Notes under the pieces: model-generated
Databases searched by the model: none
What the model saw: the letters and a program-made list of their open reading frames with translations, nothing else
Told to the model about the DNA's origin: nothing
Made by a program: the position numbers and the translations under genes
In this document: positions 18,873 through 28,215 of the stretch, piece after piece
How positions within the stretch are numbered: the stretch's first letter is position 1
How the letters are laid out: every line of letters begins with the position of its first letter
Sequence record: OR699282.2
DNA: 64,000 nt
Strand: one strand, 5' to 3'

Positions 18873-20048
18873 ATGTCACAACTACTAAATGAATCCAAAT
18901 GGGTAGCAGTAAAAGAGAAACTAGTTGAAGGTCTACAGGGTACTCGTAAGTCTGTAATGGAAACTGTTCTTGATAACCATCGTAAAGTTATGCTAACTGA
19001 ATCCGCAACTTCTGGTGCAACTACCGCTGGTAACATCGCTACTCTAAACAAAGTGATTCTACCAATTATGCGTCGTGTAATGCCAACCGTTATTGCTAAC
19101 GAAATCATCGGTGTTCAACCAATGACTGGTCCAGTTGGTCAGATCCACACCCTACGTGTGCAATATGCTGATAACGCACCTGGTGTTATCGCTGGTGAAG
19201 AAATGCTTTCTCCATACAAAATCGCTAAATCCTACTCTGGTGATCTAAATGCGGATAATAGCAACCCACAAGCTGCTCCAACTAGCCAACTAGAAGGTAC
19301 TATGGGTCGTCGCGTTAACATCCGTATTCTACGTGAAACTGTTGAAGCGAAATCTCGTCGTCTATCTGCACGTTGGACTGTTGAATCTGCACAAGATGCT
19401 CAATCCCAACATGGTGTTGACGTTGAAGCAGAACTAATGGCTGCAATCGCTCAAGAAGTTACCGTAGAAATCGACCAAGAGCTACTAAGCCGTCTACGTG
19501 CACTACCTGGTGCTGCTGCTGTAACTTATGACCAATCTAAAGTTACTGGTGTTGCAACCTTCGTTGGTGATGAGCACGCTGCTCTAGCAACTCTAATTAA
19601 CCGTCAAGCAAACGAAGTTGCTCGTCGTACTAAGCGTGGTGCTGCAAACTGGGCTGTTGTTTCCCCAACTGCACTAACCATTCTACAATCTGCTACTACT
19701 TCTAGCTTTGCACGCACCACTGAAGGTACTTTCGAAGCACCAACTAACGTTAAGTTTGTAGGTACTCTAAACAGCACTATGCGTATTTTTGTTGATACTT
19801 ATGCAAGTGATGCAGAAGATATTCTAATTGGTTATAAAGGTAATGCAGAAACTGATGCTGGTGTGTTCTATTGCCCATACATCCCACTAATGGCTTCCGG
19901 TACTGTAATGGACCCTAACACTGGGGAACTCGTAACAACTTTTCTAACCAGGTATGGCTATGTACAGTTGACCGATAGCACCAGTTCACTAGGTAACGCT
20001 GCTGACTACTACAGCAAAATCGCTATCAAAAACGTTACTTTCATGTAA
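18873..20048 (+). CDS. Major capsid protein (gp23-like)
   Basis: RRVMPTVIANEIIGVQPMTGPVGQIHTLR, SRRLSARWT.ESAQD, FYCPYIPL, TRYG; strongly optimised codons. Confidence 0.96.
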   Translation: MSQLLNESKWVAVKEKLVEGLQGTRKSVMETVLDNHRKVMLTESATSGATTAGNIATLNKVILPIMRRVMPTVIANEIIGVQPMTGPVGQIHTLRVQYADNAPGVIAGEEMLSPYKIAKSYSGDLNADNSNPQAAPTSQLEGTMGRRVNIRILRETVEAKSRRLSARWTVESAQDAQSQHGVDVEAELMAAIAQEVTVEIDQELLSRLRALPGAAAVTYDQSKVTGVATFVGDEHAALATLINRQANEVARRTKRGAANWAVVSPTALTILQSATTSSFARTTEGTFEAPTNVKFVGTLNSTMRIFVDTYASDAEDILIGYKGNAETDAGVFYCPYIPLMASGTVMDPNTGELVTTFLTRYGYVQLTDSTSSLGNAADYYSKIAIKNVTFM

Positions 20049-20091
20049 TTATAATCGATTTAAAAGATTTAATCAAGAAATTAAAAACAAT

Positions 20092-20117
20092 AGGGACTCT
20101 TCGGAGTCCCTTTTTTT
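20092..20117 (+). terminator. Intrinsic terminator with UUCG loop
   Basis: AGGGACTC-TTCG-GAGTCCCT followed by a T run. Confidence 0.9.
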
Positions 20118-20127
20118 ATTAAAAACA

Positions 20128-20156
20128 TTGACATGATGTTGTTGGTTATGTATAAT
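20128..20156 (+). promoter_or_regulatory. Perfect sigma70 consensus promoter
   Basis: TTGACA 20128-20133, 17 nt, TATAAT 20151-20156. Confidence 0.85.
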
Positions 20157-20189
20157 AGGCACATACACACAAACTAAAGAGACAGAATT

Positions 20190-21287
20190 ATGCCAAACGT
20201 AAGTATCAACAAAGAAGAGTTTATTAACCAAATGACTGCTAAGTATGGAGAATTTGACTTTAGTACTTTAGTATTCAAGGCAAGTAAAACAACAGTAAAA
20301 TGTAACAAGTGTGGGAAAGAAAACACCAAACCTGCACTTCGTCACATTGCATGTACATGTGCATCATGTTATTCAAACATGTCACAGCGTTCAAACAACG
20401 ACACATTCATCAGTACTGTAGAAACTAAATTCGGAAAAGATAAATTCAAATTTGATAAACTAAATTACACTAACGCTATAACAAAAGTAACACTATTCTG
20501 CACAGATGAGGGTCATAACGATTACTTTGAAATTACACCAAACAAATTTCTTTCTGGTAAGGGCTGTCCTGTATGTAATAAAAATGAAGCATACAGTACT
20601 GAATCATTCATCGCAAAAGTAAAAGAAAACTATGGTGATGCGTTTGAATTTCCAAATACCAAATATGTTAACAATAAAACGGAAGTTACTGTATACTGTA
20701 CACGCGGTAAACACGAATGGACTGTTTCAGCCCAAACTTTATTGAAGGGTAAAACTGGCTGCGGTACATGTTCTGGTAAAGGTGGAAGAAGCACTGAACG
20801 TTTCATTGAACTTGTGTCGCCTATCCATAACCATAAGTATGATTATAGCTTGGTTGAATATACTTTAAGCGAGAATTATGTTGATATAGTATGTCCGACG
20901 CATGGTGTTTTCTCCCAACAACCAAAAGCACATATGGCTGGTAAAGGATGTCCATCATGTGGTGAATATGGATATCAACCATCAAAACCTGGATATTTCT
21001 ATGTTCAAAAACTAACTAACAATGACAAGACTGTGTACAAATATGGAATCACTGGTGATATGAAACGCCGTGTAAACGAACAAAGTCGTAATTCTGGGTT
21101 CGAACATGAAGTACTAGTAGAACGCTACTTTGAAGATGGAAATCAACCATTACTGTTGGAAAAGTTCATAAAGAAATACATTGAAAGTGGTGTTGTAAGT
21201 ACTGAAGAGTTACCGTCAGGATTTACTGAAACATTTGATGCTAAGTATCTTGAAAGTGTTTTAGAAATTGTAAATACTTTTAAGTAA
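20190..21287 (+). CDS. Free-standing homing-endonuclease-like protein (repeated Cys/His zinc modules plus GIY-YIG-like C-terminus)
   Basis: Four repeats such as C..HNDYFEITPNKFLSGKGCPVC and CPTHGVFSQQPKAHMAGKGCPSC; C-terminal GYFYVQ...YKYGIT...RR. Confidence 0.7.
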   Translation: MPNVSINKEEFINQMTAKYGEFDFSTLVFKASKTTVKCNKCGKENTKPALRHIACTCASCYSNMSQRSNNDTFISTVETKFGKDKFKFDKLNYTNAITKVTLFCTDEGHNDYFEITPNKFLSGKGCPVCNKNEAYSTESFIAKVKENYGDAFEFPNTKYVNNKTEVTVYCTRGKHEWTVSAQTLLKGKTGCGTCSGKGGRSTERFIELVSPIHNHKYDYSLVEYTLSENYVDIVCPTHGVFSQQPKAHMAGKGCPSCGEYGYQPSKPGYFYVQKLTNNDKTVYKYGITGDMKRRVNEQSRNSGFEHEVLVERYFEDGNQPLLLEKFIKKYIESGVVSTEELPSGFTETFDAKYLESVLEIVNTFK

Positions 21288-21310
21288 ACAATCTAAAGGA
21301 GTTGACACGG

Positions 21311-21661
21311 ATGTTAACTGTATACAAATTTAACAAAGAAGAGTACTTAAAGAGTCAGTACTCAAATATAGAAATAAATGTTCCTTATGGTACGTTAGTT
21401 GGATATGATGAAGCCACTGAAACATTGTATTATAATGATGATAGATTGGATTATAGTTTAGATTCTTTCATAGAAGATATACTTAATACACATACTGAAG
21501 ATATGTTGTATGAAGAATACATAGATCATTATAGAGAACGTATGTCGGTGCTGCATTCTGATGCTCCTGTACTAAACATAGCACAAGAACCATCGGAATT
21601 TCAGCCACATAATCCTTTTCAACGTTTAATTGATATTGGTTTAAAATTCACTATTAGTTGA
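21311..21661 (+). CDS. Hypothetical protein
   Basis: ORF with AAGGAG RBS before ATG 21311. Confidence 0.6.
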   Translation: MLTVYKFNKEEYLKSQYSNIEINVPYGTLVGYDEATETLYYNDDRLDYSLDSFIEDILNTHTEDMLYEEYIDHYRERMSVLHSDAPVLNIAQEPSEFQPHNPFQRLIDIGLKFTIS

Positions 21662-21700
21662 TAGATAAATATCTCCATATTAATGATGGAGATTGAATCT

Positions 21701-22009
21701 ATGTCACAGATATGTTATGTTATAATAAACTCTGCATGGCCTGACTATGTTAAGATTGGCTTCACTTCTAAATCTGAAATGACAGAGCGTTTGAGAACGT
21801 ATCAGACAGCTACCCCGTTTCGTGATTTTGAAGTTTATCATGAAGTTCACTTTGAAGACGCACGTTTAGCTGAAAAAGAGATACATAAAAGGCTTAAACA
21901 AATGAATGCAACTAGACAACCAAACACGGAGTGGTTTAAAATGTCTAAAAAGATAGCAGCAAACATCATTGATTCTGTGTGGGATGATATGGATAACGAC
22001 TTGCTATAG
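21701..22009 (+). CDS. T5orf172/MUG113-like GIY-YIG domain protein
   Basis: CYVI......YVKIGFT....ERL..YQTATP...EV......AEKEIH..L...R...EWF. Confidence 0.75.
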   Translation: MSQICYVIINSAWPDYVKIGFTSKSEMTERLRTYQTATPFRDFEVYHEVHFEDARLAEKEIHKRLKQMNATRQPNTEWFKMSKKIAANIIDSVWDDMDNDLL

Positions 22010-22049
22010 GAATAAATATAGTATATATTAATCATAAAGGGATTTATAC

Positions 22050-23660
22050 ATGAGCATAAGTTTTAATAACCCATTGGATACAATGACCAGTACTGGTGCT
22101 AATGGATCTTTAGAACTAATAGTGCTTGGTGGTACACCAACTAACCCAAGACCTATTCGTTTTAATTCGTCATCAGTTATTATACCAGTACAAACGTTAC
22201 CTACTGGTGAACAAGGTGCAATGGTTTTTGATCGAAGCGAATTAGTTTTGAAGTATCATAACGGTACAAGTTGGATTGCAGTATATGATACTGATACTAT
22301 TTTGGAACCAATTAGAATTTCATTAGATGAAGTAAACAGAAAATTAAATTTAAAAGTAGAAAGTGTAACATACAGTAGCAGTACTGTTCCTAGTGCAAGT
22401 ATTAGTGGAACAAACTTAAACATTGTATTCCCTACTGCTTCTAGTGGTGGTTCTGGTCCAACTGGTCTTTATACTTCACTTAAACCTGGTGCTATTACAC
22501 AATATTCATTGACTTCTGGTCAATCTGTTGCTAGTATACGTGAACAAATGTCAGGGCAATCGAATGGACAAAGTGGACGAAACGGTTCACAAGGTGCTCC
22601 GTGGAAAACGTCTGACGGTTGGTGTTTTGCTGATGGTATGTGGTGGCAATGGGAGGGGGAAAATGGTACAATTACCAAACAAGTACCAAACCTTAACCAA
22701 AACGCGTATTTAAAAGGTATAACAACATCAGGTGTAACTAAAACTGATAGTGTTATTGGTAGTAGTGGTAACATTAGTGGAACTGTATTGAGTGTTGCCC
22801 AGTTACCATCACACTCATTTAGTTTTAGTGGAACCACTGGTGCTGCTGGTCGTCATGGTCATAGTCAAGCACTAAAAGGTATGGACCGTAGTGGTCTAAA
22901 TGCGTTAACTTCAAGTAATGATAACGGTATACCAACTGTAATCAATAACATTAACGAAGCACCAGACCACATTCACTCATTTAGTGGAAACACTAACACA
23001 CTTGGTGGAAACCAACCACACTATCATGGTATTAGCAACATTGATGTGGAACACTTTAACGTTGCATACCTATATAACATTGCTGAATCTAACGTCGCAT
23101 TGAGTGAAAAAGTTGCAAACACTCGTTATGTACTAAAAACTGGTGATACAATGACTGGTTCATTGACTATTGCAAACAGTGCGTCAATTAAGTCAAATGA
23201 TACATCATTAGTTCTATATTTCCGTAACGCAAGCGGTGGTGAGCGTGCGGCAGTGTATCATAACTCTTCAAATAATACATTGAGATTACGTTCCGGTGGA
23301 GCAGAAGTTACTGTAAACTCTTCTGGTACTTTAGCTGCTCCATCATTAACTGTTTCTAACAACTCAGCTACTGTTGGTGGTAAAAATATTGTTCGTTCAA
23401 TTAACGGTACTGCTGCTGATGCTAGTGGCAACGTTACTTTGCAAATTAGTACTAATAACGTACAAAGTATTCGTTTGAGTGCACGTATTGAAACAAGTAA
23501 AATACCTGATTCTTCATGGACATATACACCAGAAGGTGCATTTATGGATGGCGTATGGATTTCTGTTAATGGTAGTTCAGGCACTCACTTAGAACGAATT
23601 AGTTATCGCTATGTTCAAATGCAAATAAATGGTAACTGGGAAACAGTACGTCAACAATAA
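22050..23660 (+). CDS. Tail fibre protein
   Basis: Collar-like GWCFADG..VPNL, HxH repeats, YVLKTGDTMTGSL, C-terminal YRYVQMQINGNWETV; late motif at 22012-22018. Confidence 0.8.
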   Translation: MSISFNNPLDTMTSTGANGSLELIVLGGTPTNPRPIRFNSSSVIIPVQTLPTGEQGAMVFDRSELVLKYHNGTSWIAVYDTDTILEPIRISLDEVNRKLNLKVESVTYSSSTVPSASISGTNLNIVFPTASSGGSGPTGLYTSLKPGAITQYSLTSGQSVASIREQMSGQSNGQSGRNGSQGAPWKTSDGWCFADGMWWQWEGENGTITKQVPNLNQNAYLKGITTSGVTKTDSVIGSSGNISGTVLSVAQLPSHSFSFSGTTGAAGRHGHSQALKGMDRSGLNALTSSNDNGIPTVINNINEAPDHIHSFSGNTNTLGGNQPHYHGISNIDVEHFNVAYLYNIAESNVALSEKVANTRYVLKTGDTMTGSLTIANSASIKSNDTSLVLYFRNASGGERAAVYHNSSNNTLRLRSGGAEVTVNSSGTLAAPSLTVSNNSATVGGKNIVRSINGTAADASGNVTLQISTNNVQSIRLSARIETSKIPDSSWTYTPEGAFMDGVWISVNGSSGTHLERISYRYVQMQINGNWETVRQQ

Positions 23661-23670
23661 GGAATGTGTA

Positions 23671-24186
23671 ATGCAACTAACAAATTTTAAGATGTATGAA
23701 AAAGAAGGTGGTAATCCTAATTCTTTGTATATGATGTCCGATGAAGGTATGGATTGGTATGAATCTCGTGAATTGTTTGACATTAATAAAGCAAAATTTA
23801 TGTATGATATTAACGGTTTAATTGTTTCAGCATCATATAACATTTATGATCTAGTACCTTTAGGTTTTAGTGTTTCTGAAATTGAATATGATGGTGATAT
23901 TAACAAACTTTATGGTATGGTTTACGATGGAAATACTATTCATGACTATATTGAAACTAAAGAAGAAAAAATTGAACGCCTAAAAAATGAATTATCTAAT
24001 TTGAAATACATTGCAATTCAAGAACTTGGACACTTAAAAACTGCTATGGATCTTGAGTTAGCAACTGATGAAGAAGCTGTATTGTTTGTAAAATTGAAAG
24101 ATTATGTAACGCAATTGAATTCAATCAAACCAGCAGACATGATTAAGAAAACATTTTCATTTCCAGTTAAACCGGAAAAAAAATGA
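23671..24186 (+). CDS. Tail fibre assembly chaperone (Tfa-like)
   Basis: Follows the fibre; EGMDWYE, L..AMDLELATDEE..L...DY..QL pattern. Confidence 0.75.
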   Translation: MQLTNFKMYEKEGGNPNSLYMMSDEGMDWYESRELFDINKAKFMYDINGLIVSASYNIYDLVPLGFSVSEIEYDGDINKLYGMVYDGNTIHDYIETKEEKIERLKNELSNLKYIAIQELGHLKTAMDLELATDEEAVLFVKLKDYVTQLNSIKPADMIKKTFSFPVKPEKK

Positions 24187-24212
24187 GACAACACGTAAAG
24201 ACGTGATACAAT
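24185..24212 (+). promoter_or_regulatory. Promoter GAGACA-N16-TACAAT
   Basis: GAGACA 24185-24190, TGA, TACAAT 24207-24212. Confidence 0.65.
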
Positions 24213-24215
24213 TAA

Positions 24216-24251
24216 GTCATCTCACCGATTGTGGTGAGGTGACATTTTTTT
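24216..24251 (+). terminator. 11-bp hairpin with U tract just downstream of a promoter
   Basis: GTCATCTCACC-GATTGT-GGTGAGGTGAC then ATTTTTTT. Confidence 0.7.
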
Positions 24252-24276
24252 GAAAACACACATGGAGAAATACAAA

Positions 24277-24579
24277 ATGGCTAAATCTAAAAAAGAAGTT
24301 AAAGTTGAAATTCGTGATCTAAACGATGAACAACGTAAACGTCTCGGTGACGCACTTAACAACATTGTTGTACAACTAACTTTCATTGATGATACCAAAG
24401 CATCCTTATCTGATTTTGTTTCTAGTGTTTCTGATGAACTTGGTATCGATGCATCTGATATCAAACAAGCTGCACAACGTATGTACAAAGGTGATTACTT
24501 TGACAAACAAAATAAACTCGATAATATCGAAACTATTCTTAGTGTTACTAATAATCTTCCACAAGCAGATGATTACTAA
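24277..24579 (+). CDS. Small dsDNA-binding protein (T4 DsbA/GapR-like)
   Basis: Helical protein with ELGIDASDIKQAAQRMYK pattern; GGAG RBS; optimised codons. Confidence 0.55.
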   Translation: MAKSKKEVKVEIRDLNDEQRKRLGDALNNIVVQLTFIDDTKASLSDFVSSVSDELGIDASDIKQAAQRMYKGDYFDKQNKLDNIETILSVTNNLPQADDY

Positions 24580-24601
24580 TTAGTACTAAAATATATTAAA
24601 T

Positions 24602-24629
24602 AGCCTCCAATGACGGAGGCTTTCTTTTT
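24602..24629 (+). terminator. Intrinsic terminator
   Basis: AGCCTCC/GGAGGCT stem followed by TTCTTTTT. Confidence 0.7.
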
Positions 24630-24658
24630 AACTTAATAAACGTAAGGGAATACAAACG

Positions 24659-27600
24659 ATGTATATCGATGCTTATATGGAACGTAAACGTACTGGTGAT
24701 ATTCTTCATGTAGTTGAACGTAAGAATGGTAAACGTATTCTACGCGAATTAGATCCAGTATATGAATATTATGTTGAATCCCCACAAGGAACACATAAAA
24801 CTGTTTATGGTACAATGGCTAAACATTTTGAGTTTCAAACTCAAGCTCAAATGAATAAAAGTGTAGAGCAACACAAAAGTGAAGGTCTACGTATTTTTGA
24901 AAGTGATTGTAACATTACATTTAAAACATTAGCTAAAGAATATATGGGAAAAGGTTCACCAGATTTGAACATCGTGTTCTTCGATATCGAGACTGATTTC
25001 CATAAGAAATTTGGTTATGCTCCACCATCAGACCCGTTTAACCGAGTAACCGCTATTTCTCTATATCAATCATGGACTGGAAAGGATTATGTACTTACTT
25101 TACCACCTGCTGATATGGAAATTTATGAAGCACAAGATATTGTTCGCCAACTAAATGAAGAAACAAACGATCCTAACAGTACTGTAATTTTATATACAGA
25201 CGAAAAGGAAATGTTTATGGAATTCTTTAGTTTAATTGATGATTCTGATGTTATTTCAGGATGGAATAGTGAATTCTTTGATATTCCATATATGATCAAT
25301 CGAACTAAAAAAATCTTCAATGAAGCAACAACTGCTCGTTGGTGTTTATGGAATAAAAAACCAAATTCACGTGAAGCAGACAATTTTGGTAAAACTGTTC
25401 AAACATATGATCTGGTAGGTCGCGTCCATCTTGATTATTTGGCTTTGTATAAGAAACATGCTGGTCAAGTTGAACAATCTTATAAACTAGATTATATTGC
25501 TGAAAAAGTAACTAAAGAAAATAAAGTATCCTATGAAGGTTCATTGGATAAACTTTACAGAGAGGATTACATTACTTTCTTGCGTTATTCTAAACAGGAT
25601 AGTATTCTTCTTAAAAAGATTGATGCTAAATGTGACTATATCAACCTACACAATCGACTTGCACACAAAGAATGTGTACTTATCAGTACAACAATGGGTT
25701 CAGTAGCACTAATCGACACTGCTATTATCAACTTAGCACATACTCGTGGTGAAGTTGTTTTCAACAAAGCACCGAAAGATGATCTTGAGTTTGATCCAGA
25801 AATGGAATATTATGGTGAAGATGGTGAAGAAGAAGATGAGAAAATTAGTGCAAAAGCAGCAGGTGCATGGGTACAAGATCCAGTACTAGGACTTGTAAGT
25901 GACCTTGGGTGTACTGACTTTAACTCTCTTTACCCTACTGTTCTACGTACTTTGGGTATGAGTACTGAATGTATTCTTGGTCAATTACGTCAAGATTACA
26001 CCGATGCGTATCTTGCAGCTAAAATCCAAGAACAGAAGAACAAATCTAAATCTAAATCATTTGAACCAGATTGGACTGCGGCATGGCATGGTTTATTTGC
26101 TGCTGTTGAATTTACAATGGTTCATGAAAAGTCAGAAGAAACATTGATTGTTGATTTAGAAGATGGGAGTTCTTTTAAAGCAACGGGTAAAGAGCTATAT
26201 GATATTATTTTTGCAGAAGATAGTACTATTGTACTTAGTGCAAACGGAACACTTTTTGATAAGTCTAAGTCTGGTGTAATTCCTGACATTCTAACTCAAT
26301 GGTATTCAGAACGTAAAGCACAGCAAAAAATGGTCATTGACTACAAACATATGTATACTGATGGTTGGGAGTTTAATGGCTATGAAAAAGTTGAACCACT
26401 ACTATCAAACTATACCCCTGGTACAATGTTTAGAACTAATATTCATGATAATGATCCTGTATACTTACTTCGTAAAGAAATTGGTAAAGGACAGTGGGAT
26501 GAAGTTGCTAAGTTGATTGTAGAAAACGGATTAGTACTAAAAGATGGTCGTATTTTCTGTCCTAAAGAAGAAAAAGATTACTTCAAACAACGTAGTGCTT
26601 TCTGGAAACAGAACCAACAGATTCGTAAGATTCTTCTAAACAGTCTATATGGTGCACTATTGAACAAAGGTTCTCGTTTTTTTGACAAACGTTTAGGTCA
26701 ATCCGTAACATTAACTGGACGTTCTATGACCAAACATATGGCAAGTCGTATCAATGAAATTACTACTGGTGTATATAACCACCAAGGTGGTTCAGTAATT
26801 TATGGTGATACTGACTCAGTTTACTTTAGTGTAACTCATTATCTGAAAGAACAAGGTATTCCATATAATCTATCTAAAGAAGAGATTGTTGATATGTATA
26901 TTAAAATTGGTGAAGAAGTTGGTGAATCTTTCCCATCATTTATGCATGAGATGTTCAACACTGGTATTGAAAAAGGTAAGATTGTTGGTGCAGACCTTGA
27001 GATGGTTGGTTCGCGTGGCCTATTCTTGAAGAAAAAACGTTATGCAATTCTGAAGTACTGGGAAGATGGGTTCCGTAAAGATATTGATGGTAAACCAGGT
27101 GAAATCAAAGCGATGGGTCTTGAAATTAAACGCTCAGACACGCCAAAATACATCCAGAACTTCCTAGAAGAGACTCTAATCGCATTACTGGTAGGTGAGA
27201 GTGAACAACAGCTAAAACAGCGTGTACGTGAGTTTAAGGACGTATTTAAGGATATGCCTGTACATGAAAAAGGTTCACCAAAAACTGTAAAAAACTACAC
27301 TAATTTAGAGGCTGAATATCAGCTAACTGGTAAGTGTAAAGTTGGTCACGTTCTTGCTGGTATCCAATGGAACCGTCTACGTGAAGTTTATGATGATAAA
27401 TCTGTTCCAGAAGTAACAGATGGAACAAAAGTAATTGTCTGTAACTTAAAAGATAATCCTATGGGAATTAAAGCTGTTGGTTATCCAATTGACTGTGTTG
27501 AGTATCTTCCAGAATGGTTCTTGGAACTACCATTCGATACTGAAAAAATGGAAGAGATTGTTCTAACTAAAAAATTAGAGAATATTTTTGGTATTTTGGA

Positions 27601-27664
27601 TATGGATATTGGTATTCATGAAAAAAGTACTGCGTCAGTAAACAATGGATTCTTCACTTGGTAA
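24659..27664 (+). CDS. Family B DNA polymerase (gp43-like)
   Basis: Exonuclease motifs DIET, GWNSEFFDIPY, YSKQD; polymerase motifs DFNSLYP, KILLNSLYG, YGDTDS, KKKRY. Confidence 0.96.
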   Translation: MYIDAYMERKRTGDILHVVERKNGKRILRELDPVYEYYVESPQGTHKTVYGTMAKHFEFQTQAQMNKSVEQHKSEGLRIFESDCNITFKTLAKEYMGKGSPDLNIVFFDIETDFHKKFGYAPPSDPFNRVTAISLYQSWTGKDYVLTLPPADMEIYEAQDIVRQLNEETNDPNSTVILYTDEKEMFMEFFSLIDDSDVISGWNSEFFDIPYMINRTKKIFNEATTARWCLWNKKPNSREADNFGKTVQTYDLVGRVHLDYLALYKKHAGQVEQSYKLDYIAEKVTKENKVSYEGSLDKLYREDYITFLRYSKQDSILLKKIDAKCDYINLHNRLAHKECVLISTTMGSVALIDTAIINLAHTRGEVVFNKAPKDDLEFDPEMEYYGEDGEEEDEKISAKAAGAWVQDPVLGLVSDLGCTDFNSLYPTVLRTLGMSTECILGQLRQDYTDAYLAAKIQEQKNKSKSKSFEPDWTAAWHGLFAAVEFTMVHEKSEETLIVDLEDGSSFKATGKELYDIIFAEDSTIVLSANGTLFDKSKSGVIPDILTQWYSERKAQQKMVIDYKHMYTDGWEFNGYEKVEPLLSNYTPGTMFRTNIHDNDPVYLLRKEIGKGQWDEVAKLIVENGLVLKDGRIFCPKEEKDYFKQRSAFWKQNQQIRKILLNSLYGALLNKGSRFFDKRLGQSVTLTGRSMTKHMASRINEITTGVYNHQGGSVIYGDTDSVYFSVTHYLKEQGIPYNLSKEEIVDMYIKIGEEVGESFPSFMHEMFNTGIEKGKIVGADLEMVGSRGLFLKKKRYAILKYWEDGFRKDIDGKPGEIKAMGLEIKRSDTPKYIQNFLEETLIALLVGESEQQLKQRVREFKDVFKDMPVHEKGSPKTVKNYTNLEAEYQLTGKCKVGHVLAGIQWNRLREVYDDKSVPEVTDGTKVIVCNLKDNPMGIKAVGYPIDCVEYLPEWFLELPFDTEKMEEIVLTKKLENIFGILDMDIGIHEKSTASVNNGFFTW

Positions 27665-27675
27665 GGAGTAATAAT

Positions 27676-27825
27676 ATGGTTATTGTAAATGAAATTGAAC
27701 TAAACTATGACGAAGTAAACGATACTTTCACTAATGAGATGTTGAATCTTACTGAAGAAAGTGTAAATGAGGCATGGGAAAAATATGTAGAATGGACTTC
27801 ATTACAAGGTAAAAATGATGAGTAA
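27676..27825 (+). CDS. Small acidic hypothetical protein (49 aa, below ORF-track cut-off)
   Basis: AAGGAG RBS, MVIVNEIELNYDEV...; fills the gap between two genes. Confidence 0.6.
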   Translation: MVIVNEIELNYDEVNDTFTNEMLNLTEESVNEAWEKYVEWTSLQGKNDE

Positions 27826-28114
27826 TATATATAAGCGTATTGGTGAAGTATTAGAAGGTAATGGTATCATTAATTCTGTACTAGCATATGATAATGATGA
27901 AGAAGTAGTTCTAATTGGTGCGGGTTTTACTCGCACTGGTTCAGTGGAAGTTGACGGAGAGATTGCTGATGTTTACACTCTTGTGAAAAAGCGTAAAGTT
28001 GTTTTTGTCGATGATGTACATACATTAAAAGACTTGAAAAAATTACGAGATAAAATTGGCATGAGTTCTACAATTGATAAGCCTTATCTTCATCGTTGGA
28101 ATACAAAATACTGA
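27815..28114 (+). CDS. Hypothetical protein
   Basis: 99-aa ORF overlapping the upstream small ORF. Confidence 0.6.
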   Translation: MMSNIYKRIGEVLEGNGIINSVLAYDNDEEVVLIGAGFTRTGSVEVDGEIADVYTLVKKRKVVFVDDVHTLKDLKKLRDKIGMSSTIDKPYLHRWNTKY

Positions 28115-28123
28115 TAAAAAATT

Positions 28124-28151
28124 GAGACAAGCATCATTTTTGAGATATAAT
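28124..28151 (+). promoter_or_regulatory. Promoter GAGACA-N16-TATAAT
   Basis: GAGACA 28124-28129, TATAAT 28146-28151. Confidence 0.7.
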
Positions 28152-28215
28152 GGTGCTTGTAGTAATCTTACATAAAAACATTTTTTGATTAACAAATAAA
28201 ACGGAGAATTATATA

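Noticed and set aside
21302-21330. TTGACA at 21302 (and at 36995) as sigma70 -35 elements
   Set aside because: No acceptable -10 hexamer at 16-18 nt.
26320-26620. Long insertion in the polymerase fingers as a possible intein
   Set aside because: No Cys/Ser start, His-Asn end or endonuclease motifs; T4/RB69-type polymerases also have extended fingers.
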